DNA of 64,000 nt, taken from the NCBI GenBank assembly GCA_038128225.1, contig JAYPJF010000002.1, positions 258,785 to 322,784 of the forward strand, in the 5' to 3' direction. Positions 37,036 through 46,776 of the stretch are shown here, in pieces; within the stretch, counting starts at the first letter, position 1; every line of letters begins with the position of its first letter. The notes under the pieces were generated by a model. That model searched no databases. It had not been told where the DNA came from and saw only the letters and a program-made list of their open reading frames with translations. Made by a program: the position numbers and the translations under genes. The DNA comes from a bacterium (GTDB lineage Bacteria; Patescibacteriota; Minisyncoccia; Phycocordibacterales; UBA2100).

Positions 37036-37826
37036 GCCAAAACGATGAGCACCACCACTGCAAGAAATACACGGTAACAAATGAAGGGCCATAGCGTATT
37101 CGTCCGGAGAAATACGAGCATGTAATGCATAGCCATGACTCCGGTTACTACCGCCGCGATAACTCCCGCACTAATAACAACAAGATCTGCGCTTGCCGTC
37201 TCAAAAACAAAAACATCAATAATCTTTTTAAGCCCCGCTCCGCATAAAAGAGGCACTGCGAGCACAAATGCAAAACGAGTCGCGTGGACGCGATCAAGTC
37301 CTGCAAACATACCGCCGGCAATAGCCATCCCTGAGCGGCTCATCCCCGGAACAAGTGCGAGTGATTGAAAAAAGCCAACTAGCAATGCGCCAGATGCATG
37401 CAGCGTCTTAGACTGCCGCCGTGCGTAATGCCATTCGGCCGCAAACATAATACCCGCACCTGCGATAAGCGTTATCGCAACAAGAACAGGATTCCGAAAC
37501 ACTGTCTCCATCGAGGATTCCAAAACATACCCAAGCACCACCGCAGGGATTGTGGCAATAACTATGTGTACACTAAGAGATCTGTCTTCCGTACCAAATC
37601 CGAGTGCCGAGAACCCAGAGCGCGCAATCTGCACGATGTCTTTCCAAAAGTAGCACGCAACGGCACATGCGGTTGCGAAGTGAAGCATCGCGTCAAACAG
37701 GAGCCCTGATTCCGAAGTGATGCCAAAAAACTCCCGCGCAAGGATCAAATGTCCTGAAGAAGAAATCGGCAAAAACTCTGTAATACCCTGTACAATTCCG
37801 AGGAGTATGGCATCGCCAATAGTCAT
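37032..37826 (-). CDS. uppP: Undecaprenyl-diphosphate phosphatase
   Basis: QGITEFLPISSSGHL, PGMSRSG. Confidence 0.95.
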   Translation of the reverse strand: MTIGDAILLGIVQGITEFLPISSSGHLILAREFFGITSESGLLFDAMLHFATACAVACYFWKDIVQIARSGFSALGFGTEDRSLSVHIVIATIPAVVLGYVLESSMETVFRNPVLVAITLIAGAGIMFAAEWHYARRQSKTLHASGALLVGFFQSLALVPGMSRSGMAIAGGMFAGLDRVHATRFAFVLAVPLLCGAGLKKIIDVFVFETASADLVVISAGVIAAVVTGVMAMHYMLVFLRTNTLWPFICYRVFLAVVVLIVLA

Positions 37827-37877
37827 CAGACTAGTATGCTATACTTTGTCCGTTACTACTAGACATATAAGGTGATT

Positions 37878-38570
37878 ATGGAAACCGTGCAAAAGTTAGC
37901 AGTTCCTATCGCGATCGTGGTTGCGGGTGCACTCATCGCTGCGGCTCTTTATTTTGTTAACAGCAACGTCTCAAACCCTGGCACCGATACGCCTGTAGCG
38001 CTTAAAGATATCCGAGGCGTGCAGTCTGACGATCATATTCGTGGAAATCCCAATGCTCCCATCGTGATTGTGGAATATTCCGATCCTGAATGTCCGTTTT
38101 GCAAAAACTATCACCAGACGATGAAGCAGGTTATGGACGCGTATGGTGCGGATGGAAAAGTTGCATGGGTGTACCGCCACTTCCCCCTTGATTCAATTCA
38201 CCCAAAGGCACGCGCTGAGGCACAGGCGATGGAGTGTGCGTTTGAACTCGGCGGCAACGACGCATTCTGGAAATTTACTGACCGGTTGTACGAAACAACG
38301 CCATCAAACAATGGTTTTGACTTAAGTAAACTTGGTGACGTGGCCACATTTGCCGGCGTCGACAAAACAAAGTTTGAGGCATGTATTGCATCTGAAAAAC
38401 ACAAAGACCGCATCCAGCGCGATCTCGACGAAGTGGTTGCTGCCGGTGGCCGTGGCACCCCTCACTCAATTATCCTTGTCGATGGCGAACAAGTGCCTGT
38501 TGAGGGTGGTCAGCCATTCGATGTGCTTAAGGGCTTGATCGATACTATTCTGAGCGACCAAAATTCCTAA
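37878..38570 (+). CDS. dsbA: DsbA-family thiol-disulfide oxidoreductase
   Basis: TM anchor, EYSDPECPFC, RHFPL, GTP. Confidence 0.88.
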   Translation: METVQKLAVPIAIVVAGALIAAALYFVNSNVSNPGTDTPVALKDIRGVQSDDHIRGNPNAPIVIVEYSDPECPFCKNYHQTMKQVMDAYGADGKVAWVYRHFPLDSIHPKARAEAQAMECAFELGGNDAFWKFTDRLYETTPSNNGFDLSKLGDVATFAGVDKTKFEACIASEKHKDRIQRDLDEVVAAGGRGTPHSIILVDGEQVPVEGGQPFDVLKGLIDTILSDQNS

Positions 38571-38587
38571 CTGAACATTAAGCATGA

Positions 38588-38619
38588 AAACAACCCAGGC
38601 TCTGCCTGGGTTGTTTTTT
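38588..38619. terminator. Bidirectional terminator
   Basis: AAACAACCCAGGC-TCT-GCCTGGGTTGTTT-TTT. Confidence 0.8.
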
Positions 38620-38689
38620 ATTAAGTCACCGGTTAAAAAATCACTCTACAAGTGATGGCGTGAGGTAAGAGTGATCAGTGGAGCAAAAC

Positions 38690-39499
38690 CTATAATCGAA
38701 GCCGGTAGATATCAAAAGAGTTCTCACCTTCACACTTGTCTGCGGGTTTGGGACGTAAATGGGTGCGTCGCTTCAAACCATTGTTTACATCGGTAAGTAG
38801 TCGTGTAAAAAGCGCAAACGACTCTTCGTGTTCGTCAAAGTTAATCGTATACGTACGCATCTGTTTTCCTCCGTCTGCGTTCTTTCTTTTTTTGCACTCA
38901 TGCAAGATAAAGCGGTCTACAGGCTTATTAAACAACTCCCGGATCGTGTAGTAATTAAAGAGCGCCTGAATGAGAAAAAGTGTCTTGTGCGATCCGAGTG
39001 CACTAAACGAATCAACAAATTTGTGGTCAACAATGTCCAACGCTCCTCGGGTTCGCTTTGACTTTACCACCAAATCCGAAACCGCCTTAAGAGGGACTGG
39101 TATCCCTTTCACACGCGCGGTTGCTTTCACCTCCACCCCCAACACTGAGTATTTCGGCGGCCGCGCAAGATAAAACCCGATCGCCTGTACATACTCTCGC
39201 TCCATAAACGCACGCCTTGCCTTGCGTGCAGTCCGATGCGCCGTCTTGCCAAAGTTAATTTCGAAATCTGGAACTCCGCGAAGATATTGCAACCCAAGAT
39301 CAATTGCCCCTTCCTTGGCAATGCCGCCATAAAAGTGCTGCAGCGCAACATGCCCCGCACGACCAACAATTGAAGAAGGGGTCGCTGGGGTATCGTACAC
39401 ATGTTCAACATACCGTTTATACCACGCCAGCGGATTGCGTAGATATGCCATCAACGACGAATGGCTCCAGTGTGAGATGGGAATGCGCGCACGTGCCAC
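38690..39499 (-). CDS. PD-(D/E)XK nuclease-family protein (RecB-type)
   Basis: SHSSL..Y..NP, G...H.ALQ, E, SDLVV, IVDHK, Q...NY. Confidence 0.72.
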   Translation of the reverse strand: MARARIPISHWSHSSLMAYLRNPLAWYKRYVEHVYDTPATPSSIVGRAGHVALQHFYGGIAKEGAIDLGLQYLRGVPDFEINFGKTAHRTARKARRAFMEREYVQAIGFYLARPPKYSVLGVEVKATARVKGIPVPLKAVSDLVVKSKRTRGALDIVDHKFVDSFSALGSHKTLFLIQALFNYYTIRELFNKPVDRFILHECKKRKNADGGKQMRTYTINFDEHEESFALFTRLLTDVNNGLKRRTHLRPKPADKCEGENSFDIYRLRL

Positions 39500-39581
39500 A
39501 CAGAAAAGTATACACGACTATGCAACTTGACCAGAGAACAATGATGCTGTTTAATACCCAGCGGAAACAAAGGAGGAACGA

Positions 39582-39710
39582 ATGCGAGCTAAGGCTTTTC
39601 TGTGGCTATCGCAGTGGGCAGAACGCAATCCATTTCAAGTTGCAATGGCAATTTGTCTTATTGGCCTTCTGACCATCTTCGCAAAGATTATAAGTTTTGG
39701 GGCAAATTAG
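39582..39710 (+). CDS. Small membrane peptide, 42 aa; not in ORF track
   Basis: AAGGAGG RBS; MRAKAFLWLSQWAERNPFQVAMAICLIGLLTIFAKIISFGAN; hairpin follows. Confidence 0.6.
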   Translation: MRAKAFLWLSQWAERNPFQVAMAICLIGLLTIFAKIISFGAN

Positions 39711-39728
39711 CCTCGCGAATCAATTCCC

Positions 39729-39752
39729 ACGTCGCGCCGAAAGGCGCGACGT
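39729..39752. terminator. Hairpin with GAAA tetraloop
   Basis: ACGTCGCGCC-GAAA-GGCGCGACGT. Confidence 0.7.
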
Positions 39753-40020
39753 TTGCTATTATCCCAGCTGATGAAACTTTCTGGTATCAGCAAACGTAAC
39801 CCCAACAAGTACCTTGGTAATCCTTCAAGCTCTGGCACTGACTGCTTTAATACTTGTTTTGAAACGCGCTCAACATACCATGCTTTTTCGATTGCAAGAT
39901 TCCATCCAAAACTCCCCTCCTCGTCCCTCTCACACACCAGTGACACTATCCACCAATCGTCAATTGACAGTTCTCTTTTCAGGAATAATATGCCCGAATC
40001 CGTAAACCAGAGAGGTACAG

Positions 40021-40701
40021 ATGGCAAACGGACATGTTCTTTCGTTGGCTATTTCAGGGCTTCGGTTCTCAGGGAGAACCGAACTCTACCAACAGCTTGA
40101 ACTCGTGTTGCCGAAGGACGAAAGCCTTCGGGAATGTGAATTCGCATTCTTGGGAAATCCGTTCGGTCACTTGCGACACCCGCTTCAATGGGTACGCGAG
40201 GGACACAAAAAGCATGGCCTTTCCCGGCTATTCGAATGCTGGGGCATGCTGAACGAATTCACCGAGGAGCTGTGGATGCCGGCACTCAAGACGGGAAAGA
40301 TTCCCGTTATGGACGGATGCGGGCTCGATGCCGTCCTCTACGCGACGGCGTGCATCGAATGCCCGATGGACCATGCAAAGGTTATGGACTGGCATCATGA
40401 GCTCGTCCATGATCGCATCGTGAAGCAGGGCGTCTCTCCTCCGAGATACCTGATCACGCGAGCGGATCCGCAGCGACTGCTGCGTGGTCTTCGTGAAAAG
40501 GAGATTGTCGACGCCGGAGTGAATGATCACACGATACTCGGCTTTATCGACAAGGAACGTACAACGATCGTCGACTACTTCAGGCCGGGCTCAGGACAGC
40601 AGACTCCCTACTATCTGCCCGCTCTCATGAGCACGGAGACGATGGTGACGGAGGCGGTGATGCACATTCGCCGCGCAGTGCGAACACGAGTGGCTGCCTG
40701 A
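40021..40701 (+). CDS. Divergent P-loop nucleoside monophosphate kinase-like protein
   Basis: ISGLRFSGRT Walker-A-like; GKIPVMDG...AVLY resembles the dTMP-kinase DR..S..Y region; GAGG RBS; terminator at 40727-40751. Confidence 0.5.
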   Translation: MANGHVLSLAISGLRFSGRTELYQQLELVLPKDESLRECEFAFLGNPFGHLRHPLQWVREGHKKHGLSRLFECWGMLNEFTEELWMPALKTGKIPVMDGCGLDAVLYATACIECPMDHAKVMDWHHELVHDRIVKQGVSPPRYLITRADPQRLLRGLREKEIVDAGVNDHTILGFIDKERTTIVDYFRPGSGQQTPYYLPALMSTETMVTEAVMHIRRAVRTRVAA

Positions 40702-41046
40702 GATGGACGGCGCTTAGATATCAGGGGGGCCCGGCCATGCCGGGCCCTTTTCTATACGGACACACCCGGGAGAAGAACTTTCACCTCGAGCTCTGTCCCA
40801 AAATATCTACTTGATAGCAACAAAAACAAGAGTAGAATGACCTCGTTCTGAAGCATTTGCATTGCTTGCCTCCAGGGCTTGCAACGCGAGTTCTGCAGGG
40901 CTCCCTATGGACGTGTCTTTCATGGCTGCTGTATTTTTGTTGACCACACTCTGCATTGTGGATCTTTGTGCCGCATACAGCTTTTCAGCCCATCCTTTTG
41001 TGCTGGCCCTAACAATGCACAATAGAGGCGCTTTACAGATCTTTAC

Positions 41047-43605
41047 ATGACACCCCCAATACGTCATCCGGGCACGACCTTCGATGAGGCACACGTGCTG
41101 CACTCGCTCAAACATTACCTCCCTTCGCAAGGCCCTTTGAAGGATTTCGTACATCACAATACGCTCCATGCCTTCCAGGATATGCTGTTTTATGACGCGA
41201 TCTTCAAAGCATCGGAGATTTTCGGTTACAAAGTGACATTCTCACTTGCTGAGTATCGCAACCTCTATCGGACCGGACGTATTCATACAACTATCCTTGA
41301 GAGGACCGTCCGTGAACACAAGGGTGATGAACATTTTGATGAGTGGTATCGCAAGGTACTGCATGAGACGTTCGGTGGCCAGCTCGAAGCGCGCATACAC
41401 GCGCTGCGAAAGGGGTGGCGAGAACACTACCCGATCGATCTCAACAATGCGGTACATCCCTTATTGTTCCGTATCTTATGCAGTTACCTCGACCAAGGCA
41501 TAGCCATCGTCCCGTTTCCGTATGAAAACGCGGGACTATTAGACGCGATACGAGCCTTAGAGAAAAACAGTGCGGCGCATTTCTTGAATACCGACCGAGC
41601 GCGAACACTCTTGCACGACCCTGACCTCACCCTCGAGGTATTGCTCACGATCCTGGTCGGTAAGCAAGAGTATTTTGAAGAGTACATCTACGGACAGCAG
41701 TTTGCGCACCGAGGATGGTCGGGCATGGTCTCGACTCTGGAGAATCGCCCCGAAACACTCCTGTACCCAAAAAAGATCGCCCTCAAGGACCTTATACTTC
41801 TGGAGTGTCTCATGGAAATCGATGCGTTGGATTCGGCATTCGGGCTGAATTGGAAACCGTTGGGTGAACTTACCAACCGCCCGCCTATGGACATCTTTGC
41901 AGATATCGATGCGAAAGAGATCTACGATGTCATCAAGATATGGCATGATGCGTTCGAGTGGAGTTACTACGACGAAGCACTGATGGCGATCAAGAAAAGC
42001 GCATCACATAATCCGAATACAAAGGAAGGAGCGAAGAGGTTCCAAGCAATATTCTGCATCGACGAACGCGAGGACTCGATCCGTCGCCACATCGAAAGCA
42101 CTGGCGCGTGCGAGACACTCGGCGCCCCCGGATTCTTCGGCGTCGAATTCTATTTTCACCCTGCGCACGCGAAGTTCTATGACAAATTGTGTCCCGCACC
42201 AGTGACGCCCGCATTCTTAATCGAGGAGATCCCGTCTGCCGAAAAACACACACCGGCTCGAGAAATCGTATACACGAAGGAATCCCACACGCTCATACGC
42301 GGAACGGTAGCCTCATACATCTTAGGAATACCTTCCCTCGTAAAACTCATTTTTAATCTCTTGTCTCCCACCATGAGCCCGGCCATCGCCGATGCGTTTG
42401 CGCACATGCACGATGAAAACGAACTAACCGTCGTACATGAGGGGAAACGGGACGAAGCGCGCAACCTCCAGATCGGCTTCACCGTGGCCCAGATGGCGGA
42501 CCGCGTGGAGAAACTCCTTCGCGGCATCGGATTGGTCCGGAATTTTACCCGCCTAGTGTACTTCATCGGCCATGGCTCTTCGAGCGCCAACAACCCTCAC
42601 CATGGCGCTCACGACTGCGGCGCCTGCAGCGGACGCCCTGGTTCTGTGAACGCCCGTGTCGCTGCGACTATGGCCAATCATCCAGATGTGCGCGAGGAAC
42701 TGCGAAAGCGCGGACTCGACATTCCGGCATCGACGCATTTCGTAGGCGGTCTCCACGATACCGCGAGCGATGAGATCGAATTCTACGACGAACGGAAGAT
42801 GTCTGCCGAGCACCAGGAACTCCACACACAAAACAAACAGGACTTCGAGCGCGCACTGGATCTCAATGCGAAGGAGCGTTCGCGACGGTTTATGTCGATC
42901 GACACGAAGCAATCGCTAGAACGAATTAGGAAGGCGATCAAACAACGATCCGTGTCTTACTTCGAACCGCGCCCCGAACTCGGTCATGGAACGAACGCAC
43001 TCTGTATCGTGGGTAACCGTGCGCTCACTCGCAACCTTTTCCTCGACCGACGCGCCTTCATGAATTCCTATGACTACCGCACGGATCCCGACGGGACCTT
43101 CCTTACCAATGTCATAGCGCCACTTCCTCTGGTATGCGGAGGCATCAACCTCGAATACTATTTCTCGCGCATGGACAACTCGAAGCTGGGAGCGGGTACC
43201 AAACTACCGCACAACGTGATGGGACTCATCGGTGTCGCTAACAGCAGTGATGGTGACCTACGAGCAGGGTTGCCCTTGCAGATGATTGAGGTGCATGATC
43301 CTATCCGGCTCATGATGATCGTCGAACATGATCCTGCGGTGGTATCGCGAGTCATCTTAGCAACACCTGCGCTCTCAGAGTGGTTCACCAATGAATGGGT
43401 CCATCTGGCAGCCTTCCATCCGGAAGAGAATAGACTGTATATCTTCAAAGACCGTGAGTTCGTCCCCTATGAGCCATGTACCGATGAGACAAGCGTCCTC
43501 GAGGAGGATTTCCTTGCGGTGATCGAATCTGCCGAAAAGATGAAGACCAACAACATCGTCGACGCGACCAAAGAGAATCTTCGCATCCGGCTCATGCCCC
43601 GCTAA
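41047..43605 (+). CDS. dabA: DUF2309/YbcC inorganic carbon transporter subunit (beta-carbonic-anhydrase-like)
   Basis: P..GPLK.FVHHNTL, FCIDERE, GHGS..NNPH..A.DCGAC.G, RPELG, INLEYYFS, G.GTKLPHNV. Confidence 0.9.
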   Translation: MTPPIRHPGTTFDEAHVLHSLKHYLPSQGPLKDFVHHNTLHAFQDMLFYDAIFKASEIFGYKVTFSLAEYRNLYRTGRIHTTILERTVREHKGDEHFDEWYRKVLHETFGGQLEARIHALRKGWREHYPIDLNNAVHPLLFRILCSYLDQGIAIVPFPYENAGLLDAIRALEKNSAAHFLNTDRARTLLHDPDLTLEVLLTILVGKQEYFEEYIYGQQFAHRGWSGMVSTLENRPETLLYPKKIALKDLILLECLMEIDALDSAFGLNWKPLGELTNRPPMDIFADIDAKEIYDVIKIWHDAFEWSYYDEALMAIKKSASHNPNTKEGAKRFQAIFCIDEREDSIRRHIESTGACETLGAPGFFGVEFYFHPAHAKFYDKLCPAPVTPAFLIEEIPSAEKHTPAREIVYTKESHTLIRGTVASYILGIPSLVKLIFNLLSPTMSPAIADAFAHMHDENELTVVHEGKRDEARNLQIGFTVAQMADRVEKLLRGIGLVRNFTRLVYFIGHGSSSANNPHHGAHDCGACSGRPGSVNARVAATMANHPDVREELRKRGLDIPASTHFVGGLHDTASDEIEFYDERKMSAEHQELHTQNKQDFERALDLNAKERSRRFMSIDTKQSLERIRKAIKQRSVSYFEPRPELGHGTNALCIVGNRALTRNLFLDRRAFMNSYDYRTDPDGTFLTNVIAPLPLVCGGINLEYYFSRMDNSKLGAGTKLPHNVMGLIGVANSSDGDLRAGLPLQMIEVHDPIRLMMIVEHDPAVVSRVILATPALSEWFTNEWVHLAAFHPEENRLYIFKDREFVPYEPCTDETSVLEEDFLAVIESAEKMKTNNIVDATKENLRIRLMPR

Positions 43606-43611
43606 TCGCCT

Positions 43612-45453
43612 ATGTATCTGCCCTTCCTCGTCCTCCTGCCGCTGTTCGCCGCTCTATTCTGCAGTCTTTTCCCAAGTCGCTCAGAGAGAGTCATTTCGCG
43701 CATAGCGATCATATCCACGCTCGCGGCCATGTTCATGTTTGCGTGGACATTTGCCCTCTGGGTACGCGGTGGAGTTGAACCGATTTTCGATGCCGGATTG
43801 ACTCTATTTTCCAGCGACGCGTATGTGTTCGCCTTTAATTTCTACATGGATGCCATCTCGGCGGTTTTCTTCGGGGTGACCTGTCTCATTACGATCCTGA
43901 TCTTGCTCTTTAGTAAGTACTACATGCATCGGGACCCAGGGTTCCGGCGCTTTCACGCGACAATCCTTCTCTTTGTGTTCGGCCTCTCGCTCGTCATATT
44001 TTCGGGAAATTTTGAGACGCTTTTCGTGGGGTGGGAGTTCATCGGTATCAGCTCGTTTCTCCTGATCTCCTTCTACCGTGACCGGTACCTACCCACAAAG
44101 AATAGCCTCAAAGTGTTCGCCCTGTACCGCATCGCCGACACTCTCTTCATCATCGCTTTATGGTACGCGCATCACCTGTTCGACAAGAATGTCCTGTTTT
44201 CCGAGTTCGCGTCACTCATCGGCGAACACGGCAACGACCTCTTGATCCTGGGCATACTCTTCGTGGCGGTCGCTATGATCAAGTCTGCACAGTTCCCTTT
44301 CTCATACTGGCTCCCGCGTGCCATGGAGGGACCGACGACGTCTAGCGCCATTTTCTATGGGGCCTTGTCGGTGCATATCGGGTTGTTTCTTTTGCTCCGT
44401 ACCTATCCGTTGTGGGAAGGTAATACCGGGCTTCGCATACTGGTAGCGCTCGTTGGGCTTCTCACTGCACTCATAGCGACTTCGATCACCCGTGTGCAGT
44501 CGTCCGCGAAGACGCAGATCGCATACGCGTCGGTTACGCAGATCGGGATCATGTTCGTCGAGGTTGCAGCAGGGCTTCACGCCCTCGCATTGTTCCACTT
44601 CGTCAGTAATGCCTGCCTCCGCACGTATCAGCTGCTCATTTCTCCTTCGATACTGAGCTACCTAATTCACTATCAGTTTTATACCTTCACGCCACCCACA
44701 CATAAGATGCAGCCTAATTTCGTCGGGAAAATCCGTTCGACGCTCTTCATACTGGGGCTCAAGGAGTGGAATATGGATAGCGTCATGACGCATCACATCT
44801 GGCAGCCGCTCAAGTCTATGGGCCAGCGGCTGCGCTTTCTGGACAAAAAGCCCGCGTTGATGTTCTGCGTAGCACTCTTATTCTTGGGCATGTACGTCGC
44901 GCATGACGAGCACGCCTCTCGCATGATAGTGAGCGGCATGACATGGGTCAGTGCGGTACTGAGCATACTCCTTTTCGTGCGCTCCTACGCGAATACGGGC
45001 ACAGCGCTCGCATGCTGGACACAGGTTTTCTTTGGCCAGGTCTTTGCGTTCGTATTCTTGATTACACTAACAGAGGTGACGTTCCAAACCGCCCTCATCT
45101 ATCTTACTGGCATCGTGCTTGCGTATGCCGCAGGACTACTGTGTCTCAGATTCCTTGATACTGGTAGCGTCCGACTCAGCGTGAGCGAGTATCATGGCTA
45201 CATGTATAAACACCCCGCGATAGGCAACATATTCTTCGTCGCTACTCTAGCGATGGTTATGTTTCCGATTACGCCGTCCTTTATCGGCGAGGAAGTACTC
45301 TTGAGCGGGATTCACACGGATCAAAGTGCGTTCGTAGCTGTCTTCATATTAGGGTATGTTCTTTCAGGAGTGAGCTCGATGCGGCTCTTTGCGAAAGTAT
45401 TCTTCGGTCCGCACGCAAAGACCTACCACGAGATGGCATATAGATCGTCCTAG
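43612..45453 (+). CDS. dabB: NuoL/ND5-like cation-translocating membrane subunit of DAB
   Basis: GWEFIG, KSAQFPF..WLP.AMEGPT, KTQIAYAS..Q.G.M; 6 nt after dabA; no other nuo/mrp genes nearby. Confidence 0.88.
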   Translation: MYLPFLVLLPLFAALFCSLFPSRSERVISRIAIISTLAAMFMFAWTFALWVRGGVEPIFDAGLTLFSSDAYVFAFNFYMDAISAVFFGVTCLITILILLFSKYYMHRDPGFRRFHATILLFVFGLSLVIFSGNFETLFVGWEFIGISSFLLISFYRDRYLPTKNSLKVFALYRIADTLFIIALWYAHHLFDKNVLFSEFASLIGEHGNDLLILGILFVAVAMIKSAQFPFSYWLPRAMEGPTTSSAIFYGALSVHIGLFLLLRTYPLWEGNTGLRILVALVGLLTALIATSITRVQSSAKTQIAYASVTQIGIMFVEVAAGLHALALFHFVSNACLRTYQLLISPSILSYLIHYQFYTFTPPTHKMQPNFVGKIRSTLFILGLKEWNMDSVMTHHIWQPLKSMGQRLRFLDKKPALMFCVALLFLGMYVAHDEHASRMIVSGMTWVSAVLSILLFVRSYANTGTALACWTQVFFGQVFAFVFLITLTEVTFQTALIYLTGIVLAYAAGLLCLRFLDTGSVRLSVSEYHGYMYKHPAIGNIFFVATLAMVMFPITPSFIGEEVLLSGIHTDQSAFVAVFILGYVLSGVSSMRLFAKVFFGPHAKTYHEMAYRSS

Positions 45454-45500
45454 TCAGAAGGCCCTCTGGCGATTCTGCGAGCATGCCACAAAGTGCCGGG

Positions 45501-46727
45501 TCAGTAGCTCCTCAGCTGCTTCGCCCGTTCGTGCAAACGGATTTTTTCAAGCGCCTTAGCCTCGATTTGGCGAATACGCTCGCGCGTCACACCAAATTCT
45601 CGCCCTACTTCTTCAAGCGTGTAGCACACGCCATCGTCGGTGAGCCCGTGTCGCAATTCCAAAATCTTTCGCTCTTTCGGAGATAATTCATCTAATACTG
45701 CTTGCATTTGATCCGAGAGGATACGGTGTGACGCGGCGCGATCAGGCGCTTCAATTGTTTCGTCCGCAATAAAACTCCCCAGAGTTGAACGATCTTCGTC
45801 ATCGCTCCCCACAGGACTTTCAAGCGAAACGGTGTCTTGGTTAATTTTTTGAATCGTGTAAATCTTATCGAGTTCGATGCCCATTTCTGCAGCAATTTCT
45901 TCTGGCACCGGCTCGCGGCCCAAATGTTGCGAAAGCTCGCGCACTTTTTGTTTATACTTTGCGATCGTCTCCACCATGTGCACCGGAATGCGGATGGTGC
46001 GTGATTGATCAGCGAGCGCGCGTGTAATCGCCTGTCGAATCCACCACGTTGCATACGTTGAAAATTTAAATCCTTTTGTCCAGTCGAACTTTTCTACCGC
46101 TTTATACAAACCCATATTTCCCTCTTGAATGAGGTCGAGAAGCGTAAGGTCCGGAGAACGATTAACGTACTTTTTTGCGATCGAAACTACCAAGCGCAAG
46201 TTTGATCGAGCAAGAATATGTTTTGCTTCTTCGTCTTCTTGCATAATGCGCTTTGCGAGATCTTTTTCCTGTTGCGCATTCAAAAGCGGGTATTGCCCGA
46301 TCTCGCGCAGATACATCTGCACCGGGTCATATGCGCTATCAGAGCGCCGGTGCTGTAGTTTCTTCTTTTCAAGAATTTCATACGCGGAAGCGTCTTCAAG
46401 CATGCCGCCGCCTTCAAGCACATCAACGCCTGCGGTACTAAACTTTTCGTACAATTCCTCAAGGGTAAACACGTCGTCCTCGATTGTCGGAAACTCGCGG
46501 AGAATTTCATCGTACGTTACATATCCGCGACCTCTCCCGAGCGAGAGAAGTGCCTCGATGCGTTGTTCGCGCGTTTTGCCTTTTTGCGGAACTTTCTTTG
46601 CGCCTTTTCTTACAGTGCCGTTACCTGCCTTTTTTGCCCCTCGTTTTTGGGTTTTTTGTTGAACACGAGAACCCCCTTTTTTCCGGGGCGCTTTCTGTGC
46701 AACGCGTTTAGATTTCTTTTTTGCCAT
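45501..46727 (-). CDS. rpoD: Primary sigma factor sigma70
   Basis: [54 protein letters not shown]; downstream of dnaG. Confidence 0.95.
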   Translation of the reverse strand: MAKKKSKRVAQKAPRKKGGSRVQQKTQKRGAKKAGNGTVRKGAKKVPQKGKTREQRIEALLSLGRGRGYVTYDEILREFPTIEDDVFTLEELYEKFSTAGVDVLEGGGMLEDASAYEILEKKKLQHRRSDSAYDPVQMYLREIGQYPLLNAQQEKDLAKRIMQEDEEAKHILARSNLRLVVSIAKKYVNRSPDLTLLDLIQEGNMGLYKAVEKFDWTKGFKFSTYATWWIRQAITRALADQSRTIRIPVHMVETIAKYKQKVRELSQHLGREPVPEEIAAEMGIELDKIYTIQKINQDTVSLESPVGSDDEDRSTLGSFIADETIEAPDRAASHRILSDQMQAVLDELSPKERKILELRHGLTDDGVCYTLEEVGREFGVTRERIRQIEAKALEKIRLHERAKQLRSY

Positions 46728-46776
46728 GAGAAGATTGAGTACGAAAAAATCACACCGATGCGGTGTTTGCACTAAT

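Noticed and set aside
38690-39499. Cas4/CRISPR system
   Set aside because: No Fe-S Cys cluster, no cas genes, and no repeat-spacer array seen anywhere in the window.
39768-39870. Hammerhead ribozyme (CTGATGA ... GAAAC)
   Set aside because: Stems II and III and the NUH cleavage site cannot be formed with the required geometry.
39707-40100. 106-aa and 115-aa ORFs in the gap
   Set aside because: No RBS or motifs; they overlap the promoter, hairpins and start of the next gene.
43612-45453. Respiratory complex I or Mrp antiporter
   Set aside because: A single subunit paired with DUF2309; no other nuo/mrp genes.
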